Of a stretch of DNA of 64,000 nt, positions 25,408 through 38,889 are shown piece by piece. Within the stretch, counting starts at the first letter, position 1, and the number at the start of each line of letters is the position of its first letter. Under the pieces are notes generated by a model. That model did no database searches, was not told the DNA's origin, and saw only the letters and a program-made list of their open reading frames with translations. Source of the DNA: Rhizophagus irregularis (taxonomy: Eukaryota). The position numbers were made by a program, and so were the translations under genes. The stretch is taken from assembly GCF_026210795.1 (NCBI RefSeq), contig NC_089433.1:4774001-4838000 (forward strand). The letters are read 5' to 3'.

Positions 25408-25465
25408 TCCCTTTCTTAGACGTACGCGACTCCCTTTCTTAGACGTACGCGTCGCGTACGTCTAA
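25408..25465. repeat. GC-rich perfect hairpin with adjacent direct duplication
   Basis: TTAGACGTACGCG-T-CGCGTACGTCTAA (25439-25465, 13-bp arms). TCCCTTTCTTAGACGTACGCG occurs at both 25408 and 25431. Confidence 0.85.
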
Positions 25466-25544
25466 TTTTAGTGATCAATCTCAAACTACCATTGCCAATA
25501 CGTGAACATAAAGAATTCCGATGGTCGTTGGTTTATAAACTTAT

Positions 25545-26292
25545 TTCCTTAGAGGAGTTCTTGAAAAGAGTGCGTATCAAATATTAAAAACGCGAAATTT
25601 TTTTTTTGATGTTTATAGACCTCTTATCATTGGATCTTATTTATTCCTTTTTTTTTATTTATTAGTTACAGGCTTACAGCACTATTTTGTATTGAAACAC
25701 TAGACAACAGACGAAAGCTCTCTGAATGGAGCATTACCGGTTTTCTAGATGAGTGTAAATGGCTTAGGAGACTTTAAGAGAGGTGTGTATTTTTTTATTT
25801 GCAAAGTGGGTAACTTCCTAAGCTAAAATTAGAACGGATAACTCATTTGAGTCGGGGAGTTCACAAATTTTACTTAGGAGGGTACTGGATTTGTTTGTTT
25901 GGGTTGGGTAAGGGTGAGCAAAGTGGGTAATTCCTTGAAATTACCTGCTTTTTCTTTTTTATTTTATTTTTATTGCAAAGTGGGTAATTCCTATGAAATT
26001 ACCTGCTTTCTTTTTTATTTTATTTTTATTTTTTTATTCCCTTTTTTTCTTTTTTATTTTATTTTGTTTTTATTTTTTTATTTCTTTTTTTTTTATTTTT
26101 TTTATTTCTCTTGTTCACTTGATAACCAACTCAAGCAGATAAAATCCTACTTTGTTATTGGTAAAGTCTGCTAATTCTAAAGGAGGAATTGGCTATGTCT
26201 TCTTTATCATTAAATAAAAATTTAGCACACTTTTAATAATTTTCCTTTCTTATAATAGGTAAATGCAGAGATTTACAAGAATGAAGAAATTC
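25545..26292 (+). repeat. Dispersed repeat, copy 2
   Basis: Same orientation as and highly similar to 14765-15455, with one extra internal gcaaagtgggtaattcc..gaaattacctgc unit. Confidence 0.88.
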
Positions 26293-27539
26293 AACTTTAA
26301 AAGGAATAATATATGGTAAATAATTAATTTCTAGTTAATGGTTCTACTAGAGATACTAATTACGAATAAACTGAATCATTTATTACTAAAATTAAAAATA
26401 TTATTAAGGTAAGATAGTTAGGTGGTGATTCCGGTGTGTGGTGAAGGTCCTGTCATTATATCAGTCACTAAAGTTAAAGTATCTGGCGTAAAAGAGCCAA
26501 AAAATGTCAAACAATGGGGAATCACGAATGGAATTACTAATAAGAAAAAGAAAATCTATTTATCAAATCAACAGAGAAAGAACAATTCGAATAAACCTAC
26601 CAAAGGCTTATCTACTGATCAACCTCCAGATATAGTTCAGCGATCAAGATACATATTTACGTTTCCTCCTTACACAAGTTCAAAAAAGTCCGAATTGACG
26701 AGGCGTCTTACATACGTTGGACTTCTAGTAACTTTTACATTAGGGTACATGGGAAACCCATAGGGGTTTTTACTTTAAATAATAATATGGACCATTTTTA
26801 TAACACTTCGTTTATTTGTAATCTTTTAAATAGTAATAGATAACTATATTTTTATTTCTTGACTCTTTTATTTTCCTTGGTGCTTTGTCCGCGCGCGGTG
26901 TCTTTGACTCACGCTTGTGCTTCTTACTTAATTTTTCTCCACCAAGGTGGCATCACCTCAGTTCCGGAAGGGTCGAACGCGATTTGGTTATCAGTGTTGG
27001 AGGAAATTGTTGTTGGTCTTATTATATAGGATCTTTAATACTGTATTTTTTTATTTTTATTTCTCAAAGTAACAGTAAAATTACAAAGATAAAGTCACTA
27101 AACTAAATCAAAAGATCATTCGTTTATTTTTATTTTAAAAAAATAAATCACTTAAATATTACTATCATAATGTAAAATTTCAAATTCGGACTTAATCTAT
27201 AAAATCTCCATTTTTTATTAACCATAGTCTTTTTACCCAAGACATTTAATATTTTGAATTCGTACGATTCTGATTTCTGACTACGTAAATTCCTACGGCA
27301 CGAAAAAAAATATATATATGTATTAACATTTTAAATCAAAATCATGGATTTGAAAATTAATTACCACCCTGGGAGTTTGCTTAATAAATCATCGCGGCCA
27401 CAAATCAAGCACATCACTGACTTTATTTTCATTATTTCATTGTAATACAGATCGTCACTGGATCGCATGAACATACCATTTTTTGCTCACACGATTATCA
27501 GTCTTTTATTTGTGACACAAATAATTTATCAAGATATAA

Positions 27540-29601
27540 ATGTATGTATTCTCTAAAATCAGTAAAAAAAAAATGTTCCTGTTTAAATCATCCGCAAATA
27601 ATGAAGAAACTACTACCAAAACTGAATATAAATCAAAATTTCCATTTGTTCGCCCGAAAGAATCCGAACGAAAATTTGTTAGCCCTGTCATTGAGAAAGT
27701 CATAAAAGATATAACTTCGAATATGAAAGATAAAGATTTGGCAAGATTATTTGAAAATTGTTGGCCAAATACCTTAGGTAGGTAAATTATTTTCTGATTC
27801 GATGACGATAAAAATTTTTAAAATTTAATTTAATATTTTCCATACATAGATACGACGGTAGCTTGGTTTAATGTTGGTGAAGATTTCCAAGAACGTTCAT
27901 TGTTACTGGAGATATTCCGTAATTTATTCAACTTTTTTTTTTTTCAGAAGGATAGTTTGTTTTGGTTAAAGACGACCCAAAAAACATAAACTTTTTTTTT
28001 CCTAGTGCAATGTGGCTGAGAGATTCGACAAATCAAATTATCTCTTATATCCCTTACGCAAAATGTGATGATAAATTGAAAAATCTTATTTTAGGTGTTA
28101 TATATATGCAAGCAGAGTTAATTATCAGTGTAGGATTTATTTTTTCAATGATATTTTTTTTTAAAAAAAGATTACACATTTTTAATAAATTTTTTTATAG
28201 GATCCATATGCGAATGCATATTATGCACCACCTGAATCTAAAGTCTAAACTTCCTCATCCAAAAAATCCATGGTCAAAAACTGATATCACAACTCCACCT
28301 CCTTCAAGTGCTACATGGGAAAAAAAATGGGAGCTTGACTCTTTAGTTTCTTTTTTAAAATTATCTCATAATTATTGGAGTAATACTAAGGATGATAGAT
28401 TTTTAACGAATAAAATTTGGTTAGAAGCCGTTAATTCGATTTTAGATACAGCATATTAGAAATACATACAATGCAAGAATTTAAAAATGAAGCTTATAAA
28501 TTTTCTAGATTAACAAGAACTACCACTGAAACCTTGATGATGGAAGGAATTGGTGAGTAATTTAATATGTATATTTTTAAATTAATTATAAAAAGTTTAT
28601 GCGTATTTTTTTTTTATATATATATATATTATAGGAGCGCCTGTTAAAAGAATCGGTAATAATATTATATTTCTATTATTATTATAATTATTATTAATTT
28701 ATAATTATTATATAATTTTCAGGTCTTGTAAAATCACAATTTAGACCTTCAGACGATAGTACAACATTTCCTTTCTTAATTCCATCCAACGCTTTTGCTT
28801 CAGTTGAACTTTCTCATCTTTATGAGATGATTGATACCACATCACCTGATATTGCCAAGAAAGCTAAAAATTTATCTCAAATAATACGTGATTCTATCTA
28901 TTCAAATGCCATAATTCCACATAAACATTTTGAAAATATTTTTGCGTATGAAATTGATGGTTATGGTTCATCAAATTTAATGGATGATGCAAATTTACCA
29001 AGTTTATTAAGTTTACCTTATTTTGGATTTATTGATAATGATGATAAAATTTATCTGAAAACGAGAGATTTTGTTTTAAGTGATTGGAATAAATTTTGGT
29101 TTAATGGAGAAAAATTTCAGGGAGTTGGTAGTCCTCATACAGGGTTAGGTTACATTTGGCCAATGAGTCTATGTATGAAGGTATAATAATAATTATAATA
29201 ATAATAATAATTAAAAAAATTCTTAAATTTATTATAATTATATTATGTCTTTCTTAACTTTCTCTCAAATATAGATTTTAACGTCGACAAATGATCAAGA
29301 AATTTTAGAAACTTTAGAATTACTTAAAGAATCTAGTGCTGATACTGGATTAACGCACGAATCTTTTTATTATAATGATCCAAATAATTATACAAGATCA
29401 TGGTTTGCGTAAGTTAAAATTAAATTAAATATTTGAATGGAAAATAATATATTAATATATTAATTACATTTTTAATTTATTAAAAATAGTTGGGCTAACA
29501 GCTTATTTGGTGAAACTATTTTACATCTTGCAAAGGAGAAACCAGATTTAATCATGATAGATGATTTCAAATTTATAAAATTATTGGATGCGTCCAAATG
29601 A
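27540..29601 (+). pseudogene. GH125 exo-alpha-1,6-mannosidase (DUF1237) gene, frameshifted
   Basis: Motifs FENCWPNTLDTT, TGDIPAMWLRDS, WEKKWELDS, FRPSDD, YEIDGYG..LMDDANLPSLLSLP, GSPHT, WPMS and RSWFAWANSLFGE, with splice sites intact including a 21-nt microexon at 28635-28655. Lesions: -1 shift near 27885, a 7-nt duplication at 28243-28249 giving a stop, and a stop/shift near 28457. Confidence 0.9.
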
Positions 29602-31299
29602 TATCATAACGTTATTTATAGATTGTTAAAAATTATGTACTGTATAAATATTTATTCTGTGTATAAATAATATATTAATAATTTTTTATCATAAATTTTT
29701 TACTGCGCCTGCGCTCCTCAGTTCCCACTTTTTCTTTTTTTTTTTCTTAAACGCGAGACAAATGCTAATTTAATTAAACTATAATTGTAACATCAACATG
29801 ATTTCTTTAAAGATGATCCATGTTGATATCTTCTTTTAAGTATAAATGATGCGTGAAAAAAAATCTAAATTTGGTGATTCCTTTGCAATAAAAAAAGATG
29901 AGCAGCATACCTTCCATAAAGTGGGATGAATTACCATTTATTATAAAAGGCAACGTTAAATTTGAACAAAGGAATAAAAAAAAATAAAAATAAAAACAAA
30001 ATCGAATAACTCTTCCTTCACCCTTTTATTTTTTTTTTATCAAAAGAAAGAAAATATTTCAAAGAGTCATTATTTATTTTGGTAAGTAAAAATGTTTTTT
30101 TTTATATATATATAATTAATATATACATGTATTTGTTATTTATATCACCGACAAAAAAGGATGAAATTTCACACTTTTAATACATATATACATATACATA
30201 TGATGATTCATTAGATTTTTGAAAAATGGATGATAACAACAATGATCTCATATATTTCGGTGATTTAAATGGTAATAAAACTCTTTGCGTCCAATTAAAC
30301 CTTGTTGATCACTTAATCTCTTGTTTATAGAGAATTTCAGTAGAAATTTTCTTTAATAGGGGTTATTTTTTTTTTGATTGAGAATTTTATTAGAGAATTG
30401 TTTGTTGAAAAATTTTTTTATTTTTTTGATGAAGAGTTTTGTTTAGAAATCTTAATAGAAAATTTTATTGAAAATAGTTTTTTTTTTAATGAGGGTATCG
30501 AGAATTTTGGCTTGAAATTTTTTTTTTAATAAAGAATTTCATTAGAGATCTTTTTTTTTATAAAAAATTGATTAAAACTTTGTTGGAAAATTTTTTATTA
30601 AATTTTACAATTTTAATAAATTTTATTTTTTTTTAATGAATATTATAAAATAAATGGTTTGCTAGTATCGTACTATAAAATAAAATAAAAATTAAAAAAA
30701 AAAGCTGAATCATATACTAAGAATAAAATAAAAAAATATTAAATTACATTAATAAGATTAAGATAAAATTAACGATAGAATCCTAAATAGCATAGTAAAT
30801 TAAGCAAATTTTATATACTACTAGTAAAGCTCCGCATGAGCCGAGCCGGCTTGCGAGCTGAGCCATAATTAAATTGGCTTGATGCTTGAAAAGCTGGCTT
30901 GAAAAAGATCGAACTGGCTCGCCTACAAAGTAATAAAATACAGTAAAAATTAATAATTCTGATCGGTTACGGTTTCGTGTCGGTCATATTCCGATTTACC
31001 GATCCGATCAGTTAGTTGATTGATCAACTTTTTGTATAAAAAAAATATTTTTTTTTTAGGTAAAATATCAGACACGGGGTGACATTTTGTCTAGCCATGT
31101 TTGATTTTTTACCACACAAAGTCTGATAATTTTGTCCAACTCATGAATAAATATTTTACCTAACTCTATATTATATATATTGACTAAATAGATCATTTTA
31201 ATATTATATATACTTCCATCGTCCAAAAAAATTCGAGATACCATATTTTTCTTCTTCGTCTAGCAATCGAACGTTCTCTTCAGTTCTATCAGAAATGTC

Positions 31300-31900
31300 A
31301 ACTGAACAGAATCAAAGTCTTTGGCGCAAAGGACATAAATATCATTAGTGCCATGTTCCTCTTGTTCTGGTAATTTCATGGTACAATTTCAAGTGTCAAC
31401 AATTACCCACTCTTTCGCAATTTTTTTAATAGGAGTATAAACACCGTTTCTTCCAAATCTTCGTTGATGTTCTTCCGATCAATATCCATCTCGTAATAGT
31501 TCAATGGCCCAATTTCTTTTATCGTTTATGTAAAAATCTAGATAACCTTTTGACCTATATATTGCCCCAACGTCTACGGCAGCAAAAATGTCTACAGGAA
31601 GCACCAGCATTGAAGACCTATAAAATTCCATTTTGCTATACACGCTCCAGTAGACGTCCATTTGTACCAATACCCTTACTTTTTCGCAATACATTTGGAT
31701 TCATTTTGCAAACACTGCATTTATGAAATCCTTAAATGTTTTAGGCGGTTATTTAAGTTGTGAAATTGAACCAAGAAGATATGTTATTCGGGGTAATGGC
31801 ACTGGAAAGTCGAGGATTGAAAGGCTTAGATTGTCCAAACACTTAGTACTAATAAGAATATTTGTTTTGATAATTCAATTATTATAAGAAATTTTTTGAG
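31300..31900 (-). pseudogene. Crinkler (CRN)-type C-terminal nuclease fragment
   Basis: MEFYRSS...VDVGAIYRSKGYLDFYINDKRNWAIELLRDG, then a shifted frame EEHQRRFGRNGVYTPIKKIAKEWVIVD. This is a PD-(D/E)XK-like C-terminus typical of Glomeromycota CRN-like proteins. Confidence 0.6.
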
Positions 31901-31994
31901 ATGGATCAATTACGCAAATTTTTCAGAATACAAATAAAAATCTGGTTTAAGTTGCAACCTGATTGCCAATCCTATGATAATTACTATTTTTACT

Positions 31995-32768
31995 ATTTTA
32001 ATTTCAATTCACGTTCATTTCAAGATTAGATAATTCCATCATACGAATTTTTGCTTCGTATTCTCTTAAAGAAATTTTCTGTTCTTTTAGAGTTATTTTT
32101 TTTTCTTGATATTAAAGTTCATTGAAATTTAAATTGTTGTTGTTTTCCTTATCATTTTTATCATCATCATAATCATCACCTTCTTAATCAGAAATTATGA
32201 TAGCTTTCTTGGACTGTGAGTTAGCTGATTTATAATAAATAAATAAATTGGATTAATTATAATTCAAAGTGGGATCAATTTTTAATATAATTTTTTTTTA
32301 AAATTTAACATTACCTTTTCGTTTATTGGATTGAACTTCACGAGCAATAGGCCCTTTATCATGTCCACGATTAGGTATATTATAAATTTGTTGAACACTA
32401 AATTGATGTAAATCTTTCCTTATCCAACTTTCGTCCTGTCCCACCCTTCAATATGATAAATAATTGCAACTCCTTCTTTACTTGTCGATGGTACTTGACT
32501 GGAGCCAGTGAATGTATTATTTTTTTGACGGTCGTATTTTTTGTAATGTATATTTCAGTATCCTCAGTGTCTTCAGTATCCCCATGTCAGATGAACTTGG
32601 CTATATTATAAAAATTAAAAAATTTTTATCGTTTAGTTTTGTATTATAAATATTCATATAAAATATTTAGTTTACCTCTGCAATAAGATCTTCTTCGTAA
32701 ATAATATCTTCTTTGTAAATAATATCTTCTTTGTAAATAATATCTTCTTTGTTAATAATAGTATTCAT
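31995..32768 (-). pseudogene. Decayed multi-exon hypothetical gene with coiled-coil C-terminus
   Basis: MNTIINKEDIIYKEDIIYKEDIIYEEDLIAE (18-bp tandem repeat) followed by a GT donor. Last segment KITLKEQKISLREYEAKIRMMELSNLENERELKLK*, with in-frame stops upstream. Confidence 0.45.
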
Positions 32769-33199
32769 GGTTAAAAAGTTTATTAGAAAAGAGAACGTGA
32801 GAGGACGTGAGAGTCGCGAAAGTGAGAGTTTCGATGAAAAAAATTTTGGTTGATTAACTGATTATCGATTTATTGTATATTTGTGTATTATATTGTTATA
32901 CAATGATTTTTTGTTGTACATACGCAGCAGTAGTTTTACTAAGTATACAATTTTGTATAACGTTTTACATGATCATACAATACTCTATAGGGTAACTCTA
33001 CGCTACAACTATCCGTATTACTCTACTTCGGCATCTAAGAAAAATCATGTGACTGAAATTTCGGTGACGGCCCGCTCAATCTACTCAACCTTTGAATGCA
33101 AACAGTACAAATAACTTGAATTCCAATAACAATGATTTAATAGCGGTCGGCCCGTCACGAAAAATCTGATACGGATAATCCCCAAATATATTACAAAAT

Positions 33200-34050
33200 C
33201 TGACTTACTTAATCCAAGAAGCATGAGATGCGAAAGATGAATCAATTCAAGCTAATCAAAAAGAATTATTGTATTGATATTTCTATATCAGATATTGAAG
33301 AATTCGATAAAAAGGCTGTAGAAATTAACAAACAAGTATAAAATTGGCGAGAAAAGGGAGAAGGGTATGATTATGACAATCTTACTAAACTCCTTCCTCC
33401 TGTACAAACGAGAAGCATTACGCAAACAGACTTAAAGAGCCAGGAAGATTTATGAGTTTTTCGAAAAAATAGGAATTGATAAAATCAAGTATATCACAAC
33501 ATATAGTGCGAATTCTATTTCGGAATTATTGATAGTCAAGTTCAAACTATTATTGATTATTTCTCCAAGAATCCCAACACTGATGATCAGGATGACTCTA
33601 TTATTGATTCCGAAGAGGAGATTTCAGATGATTAGACCAAGCGGATACCTTGGGGTAAGCATATCAACCTACCTATTTCTTTAACTTTCTTCGGGTGATT
33701 CCAAAGGAATCAATTCAGACAGATCGTCCAAAGCTGAAGTGAGTACATCATCTATTCCTAAGGGGAGATCCAAATCCAGACTTCCAATCTCTATTTTACC
33801 TGCTGATGAAACAGATGAAAAGCGAAAACATATAATTGGGTTAGTGTTAGAGCAGTTTCCTTATCTATCATTGAGATACAGTGAGAATTATGGTGATAAA
33901 TTTGTGTTTAACAGTTCAGTGCCTTGTCCCATATGTAATAAAGACCATGAAGCAAGAATGGTAAAGATGGTCGATGGGGCTGTTGTGAGTATTTTGGAGA
34001 ACGAATTTATCGCCCTGAGTGCTGAAGGCAAAATGGTATGCCAATAGTAT
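33200..34050 (+). pseudogene. Degraded copy of a high-copy Glomeromycota hypothetical family
   Basis: Broken frames read RARKIYEFFEKIGIDKIKYITTYSANSISEL...QTIIDYFSKNP and LPISILP..EKRKHIIGLVLEQFPYLSL...CPICNKDH. Family recognised from memory; function unknown. Confidence 0.5.
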
Positions 34051-34359
34051 CGGTAAAAGCATAGAGAACGAAAATTTCATCATGTGAAATACGCAGTATG
34101 AATGTATGATATCAGGAAAATTCTTGTTGGCCCGCCGTAGGTAATTATTTTTCTCCTCTGTGTGACGTAAGATTTGCATATATATGGTATCTATTCTGTA
34201 ATTTGGTGTGACATACTATCTGTATTAGTCAGTTGCGTAACCGATCAACTCAGTCTGTGTGACAATCGATTTCTCATATATATACAGTATATCCAATAAC
34301 CCCAACAATTTTTTTCTCAATTCATCCATTCTTTTCATACTATTTTAATCACAAAAATT

Positions 34360-36507
34360 ATGTCGTCTAACGTTGCAAGTTCCTCCGCTGGTGTTCCTGT
34401 TATTTCTCTTCCGACATTCGAGGAAGTGAGAGGATATAATGCCGTAGAACTTAATGGATTCTTGAAAGGGAGGTTAGGCAATATTGATAATCACATAGAC
34501 ACGTTAGCAGCTGGAGAAGTCGATGGCTCAATCTTTTTTGATTTAACGTACGAAGGTCTTAAAGCTCATGGAATATCTCTTGGAGCTTCTACAAAAATTA
34601 TGAAGTTGATTAATGAATATAAAGGAGGTAAGTAAATTTCATTCTCATATTTGCCAATAATACCGAAGGCTTTATATAATCTTGTGCTTTTCTTTCTGCT
34701 TCTTATCGTCAAACCCGCTCAAAAAACGTTCACGTTATTGTAGATCAAACCACCGCTGTAAGTGAGTCGTTATAGATTTTGTCAACGCGTCTTTGGCTTG
34801 ACTTTTTGATAACCGTTGATTCATTATTTGTTTGCATTATTAATATTTTCCAGTATTTAGGGTATAAACGAAGAAAAATTGATGATGAAGAAGAAGTTAA
34901 AAGTGATAACTATGATAATGAATCTCTTGAAAAGGTTTGGAAAGCTTTCAAGGATGCGACAATAGATGACAATGTCCTTAATCTATCCAATGATGCTTCC
35001 TATCTTCTGGGCGTTGACGATTACGAAAATCCAATAACCACTATATTCATCCGTGATTGCTATCTCGATTTGTCCAAGATAATTTTTGAAAGTAATAGGT
35101 CTCGTTGGCGTATTACCGGAAATCCGGGGATTGGGAAAACCTTCTTCGGTTATTACTTGCTTTATATTATTGCAAAAGCCAATGGAACGGTCATATACCA
35201 CCAACATCACAGATCTCCGATTCTTTTCAGCGAAGACAAAGTTTACTGTAGTAAGTTAGACAATATTCACCTATTCAAGGATTACCTAGGAAAAAATTAT
35301 TGTAGACGCTCGGGAGCCGATGGAATTTCGTGGAAAAACTATTCTTGTCTGTTCGCCCCAGACGACATACTATAAAACGTTTGATTCACTTGGGATAAAT
35401 GTACGATACATGCCGGTGTGGTCTCTTGCAGAGATCGATATTTGTAGGGATAAAATTGATATTTTCAAACATCTTACTAAAGAAGAAGTTCAGGCTCTGC
35501 ATTATAAATGGGGTGGGATTCCTCGATTTGTCTTGTTTCATGCCCACAATTACAATTCGCAAAAACAATTGGATACTGCAATTACTGAAGTCGAAAAGAG
35601 CATAATGTATTTTGTTGGTGAAACCTCTTCGGGCAACAGTGCAAGTCATAAACTCGTTCATATCTGTACAAATGTACCAATGAAAGAGGCGGATCAAGCA
35701 GAAGAGGTGGATCAAGAGGAAGAGGCGGGTCAAGAGGAAGAGGCACGAAATATACAAAATAAAGGAAAGGGGAGAGAAATTGAAGGATCTTCTACATCAG
35801 CAACTCTCGTGAATCCAACTATATCGGCAGACCTCGCAACTTCCATAGATTCTAAACTCGCTGATAAAATGTCTTATTATAGTGAATATATTCTAGAGTT
35901 TGCGTCTGATTATGTTTCCGAAATGGTAATGAACAAACTCGCTGAAAAACACAAGCAAGAATTGCTAGATTTTGTGAATAGTAGCGAGGATTTGAATGAA
36001 TTTGGTTCACTCCGAGGTACTATGTTTGAGCGACTTGCTCATCGAAAGTTGCTACGTGGAGGAAAATTTAAAGTTCGCCCTATAGATCAAAACCTCAAAA
36101 GGAATGATCCACAACTTGTACTGAATAACATGGAAAAAATGTTGTTTAGTGACATTGATGATATTGGAGATGCTACAAATACATCCGGTACTACTAAATA
36201 TTACATACCAACTCAAAAAAATAACAAGTCGTTCGATTCTTTTATCCCTACAAACAAGTTCTTCCAGATGACTATTGCAGAGAGACATCCTATCGTCAAG
36301 AGTGGCCTGGAAAAGTATATTCGTGGAATAACACGTCCAGATGAGGAGATCAGTTTTTACTTTGTTCTACCTGAAACAAGATTTGCTACTTACCGAGAAC
36401 AGAGTATTCACACTACAAAGAAAACTGTTATAAAGAAAAAACCTGCTTGGTTTGGTCGCTTTAAACAATACGCTCTTGAACTTGACCTGAAGATTAAAGA
36501 TATATAG
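34360..36507 (+). pseudogene. Crinkler-type protein: SAM header + P-loop NTPase + REase-like domain, single frameshift near 35295
   Basis: Exon 34360-34627 is SAM-like (EVDGSIFFDLT..LKAHGISLGASTKI); microexon from 34744; main exon from about 34854 with KRRK and Walker A GNPGIGKT. The frame switches just before IIVD (Walker B), then MPVWS, WGGIPRFV, RGTMFE and SFDSF...FFQMT..HPI. Confidence 0.85.
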
Positions 36508-38299
36508 CTTCAAGTTCATGATTGTACCTTGACACTGTATATTCATTTTGTAAAATAAGGAATTTGGAACGAATAATATATGCTTTAGTGTTGTATTTAA
36601 AAGAAATCCTTTTAGAATGTAATTGTTAAGATTTGTCATAAACATCGACTTCGTGAACCAAGTTCACGATCTCAAAGTTTAGCACTTTTTTTATATATCG
36701 TATTGTAAAGCTTACGCATATTAAATATTTAATGAAGTTTTTTGGTTTTCTTTTTATTAATTCAATTTTTGTGTTGATATTGAAAATAAGCTGTGTTTAA
36801 TATAATAATTTATCTCAATCATTTAATATACATGATGATTTATCATGGTTGGTTCTTATGCAAGTCAATTTCGGAAGTAATTACAAAAGTACTATAATTT
36901 ATGTACAGTAAGACTCTTTTACATATTTGAAATAAACTTTAAGATAGAATGTACCTTCTTTTAGTGGATTGGCACCCGTAATATGAAGGAAATTAATTAC
37001 AAATTCTTTAAGTGGTATTGTCGACTATTGTATGTTTATATTTTGCAAAATGGTGTTATTGAATAGATTATAATTTATTTAAATTTAAAATATTGAACTT
37101 ATATAATGTGTCAAAAACACTTGCGTATATTTACCAAAGTTATTCACTCAGATATAGCGAGTTAATCATTGTGTAGAAAAATCAGTGGCAGTCTTCAGAT
37201 GTTTGGATATCATGCCGGCTGATGTCTGGACATCATGTTGGATAATGTTTAGACACCATGTCAGATATATGTAGGATGATATTAATCATATTATAGTAAA
37301 TTTGCCAATTTCCTGGATCAATTTTTAATTTTTTATAACTATTTTAGAAACAATTATAAATTGATTACTGAAAGATAAAAAATAGAAATTGAACCAGAAA
37401 ATTATTATAATGATGAAGAATTAAAAATTCACCTAGAAAATTGTAAATACCATAAACAAAAATTAAATTATATTTGGTAATTATAATCTAGGTATCATGC
37501 CAATTGATTATCTTCAACGTCATACATCCAATAAAAGTGATGCATTAATTTCTATAAATTTTATTTTTATGCTATTTTAATCCACTTATAGCTTTATTTA
37601 AATTTTTCCTATAAAAATTTTCATTTACACTATTTTCGTTTACTCCACCTTATTACATAAATTTACCATGTATAATCATTATTGTTACACTTAATAGAAA
37701 TATCGGTCTGGGCTAGTATTGGGCTCATAGTTTATCGTAGAGTAAAAAACAGTCCCTAATTTTTTCTTGTCTAAAAATTTTTTTCCAGTTAGTGATCATC
37801 TAGACCAAATCTAACAATGATTTTTTACTGTAAACTAGCCAGTATTTTTTTTGTTCCAGTACCCACCAGAGAATACGGGACTGACGGAAGCAAATGTGGG
37901 AGTATTAATTAATAGCGTCATGGGATCAATGATCGGGGGTCGGAGCATATTATTTTTTTATAATTCAATTTTAATAATAAAATTAAAGTTCGTAAATGTG
38001 CGAAATGTTAGGAAGCTTATTTTTAATCGTGATTATAAATGGTGTAAATTATTATTAGATTAATGAAGGAAAATAAATCTTTTCAATCGATGTATTGTTT
38101 TAAATTTTATTTACTTTTTATTAAAAAATTACATTAAACTAATAAAATCAATATGAAAAATTTTAACAAATGATTAATATTTTAATAGATTTAATAATTA
38201 AAATTAATGAAATAAAAAAATACAATTAAAAAAAAAATTAAATAATGTATTAATTGAAAATCAAAAATATACTAAACAGGTGTGTATATGTTAAAATCA

Positions 38300-38889
38300 G
38301 AACATTCAAGAAAAAAGGTGAGCACCGGCATCTGATAGGTTAGCGTACCCATAATCAAAGCAGTAGTAGATCGCATGCTTTGATTTATAGAATTAGTCTT
38401 GTTAGTGAGATATCTGAGGTTCACATTATGACGAACCTCAACCCAAAATTCTCTCGGTTTCCAATCTCCTAAGTTTTCCTCTATATAGAAATCAATAATT
38501 GATTGATTATCAATATTTCTGACCGTCTTGGTGGTTAGTCCCATAATCATGACATTTAACCCAATCAACTTAACGGACATTGCATTAATCTTTGATATGT
38601 TTAGATTTATAAAATAAAAAAAAATTAACAAATTTTTGGTTGATTTCAAAAGGACACGCGCAAAACAATACATACACTATACCAACTGGCACAAGCAACG
38701 AACTTTCCTTTCAAGAAAATCACCTGGCCTTTATTAAAATCATAAGACCTTTACTCTCAAATATAAAATTTTTGTCGGATCATCATCATTCAATCTTGCA
38801 ACAGCCATAATTTCCTTTACCGTAAACTCCTGAGTAAGTCGTTCAGTGAATTCATGAATGTAACACATTGTGGAGATTTTTGCGGGCAT
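38300..38889 (-). pseudogene. Decayed hypothetical beta-rich (possibly OB-fold) protein, likely TE cargo
   Basis: MPAKISTMCYIHEFTERLTQEFTVKEIMAVARL...LRVKVL* with stops, then a segment INAMSVKLIGLNVMIMG...FWVEVRH...ALIMGTL. The fold assignment is tentative. Confidence 0.4.

Noticed and set aside
30830..31030. GAGCC- and CCGAT-rich patches
   Set aside because: Resemble transposon subterminal repeats, but I could not define paired ends.
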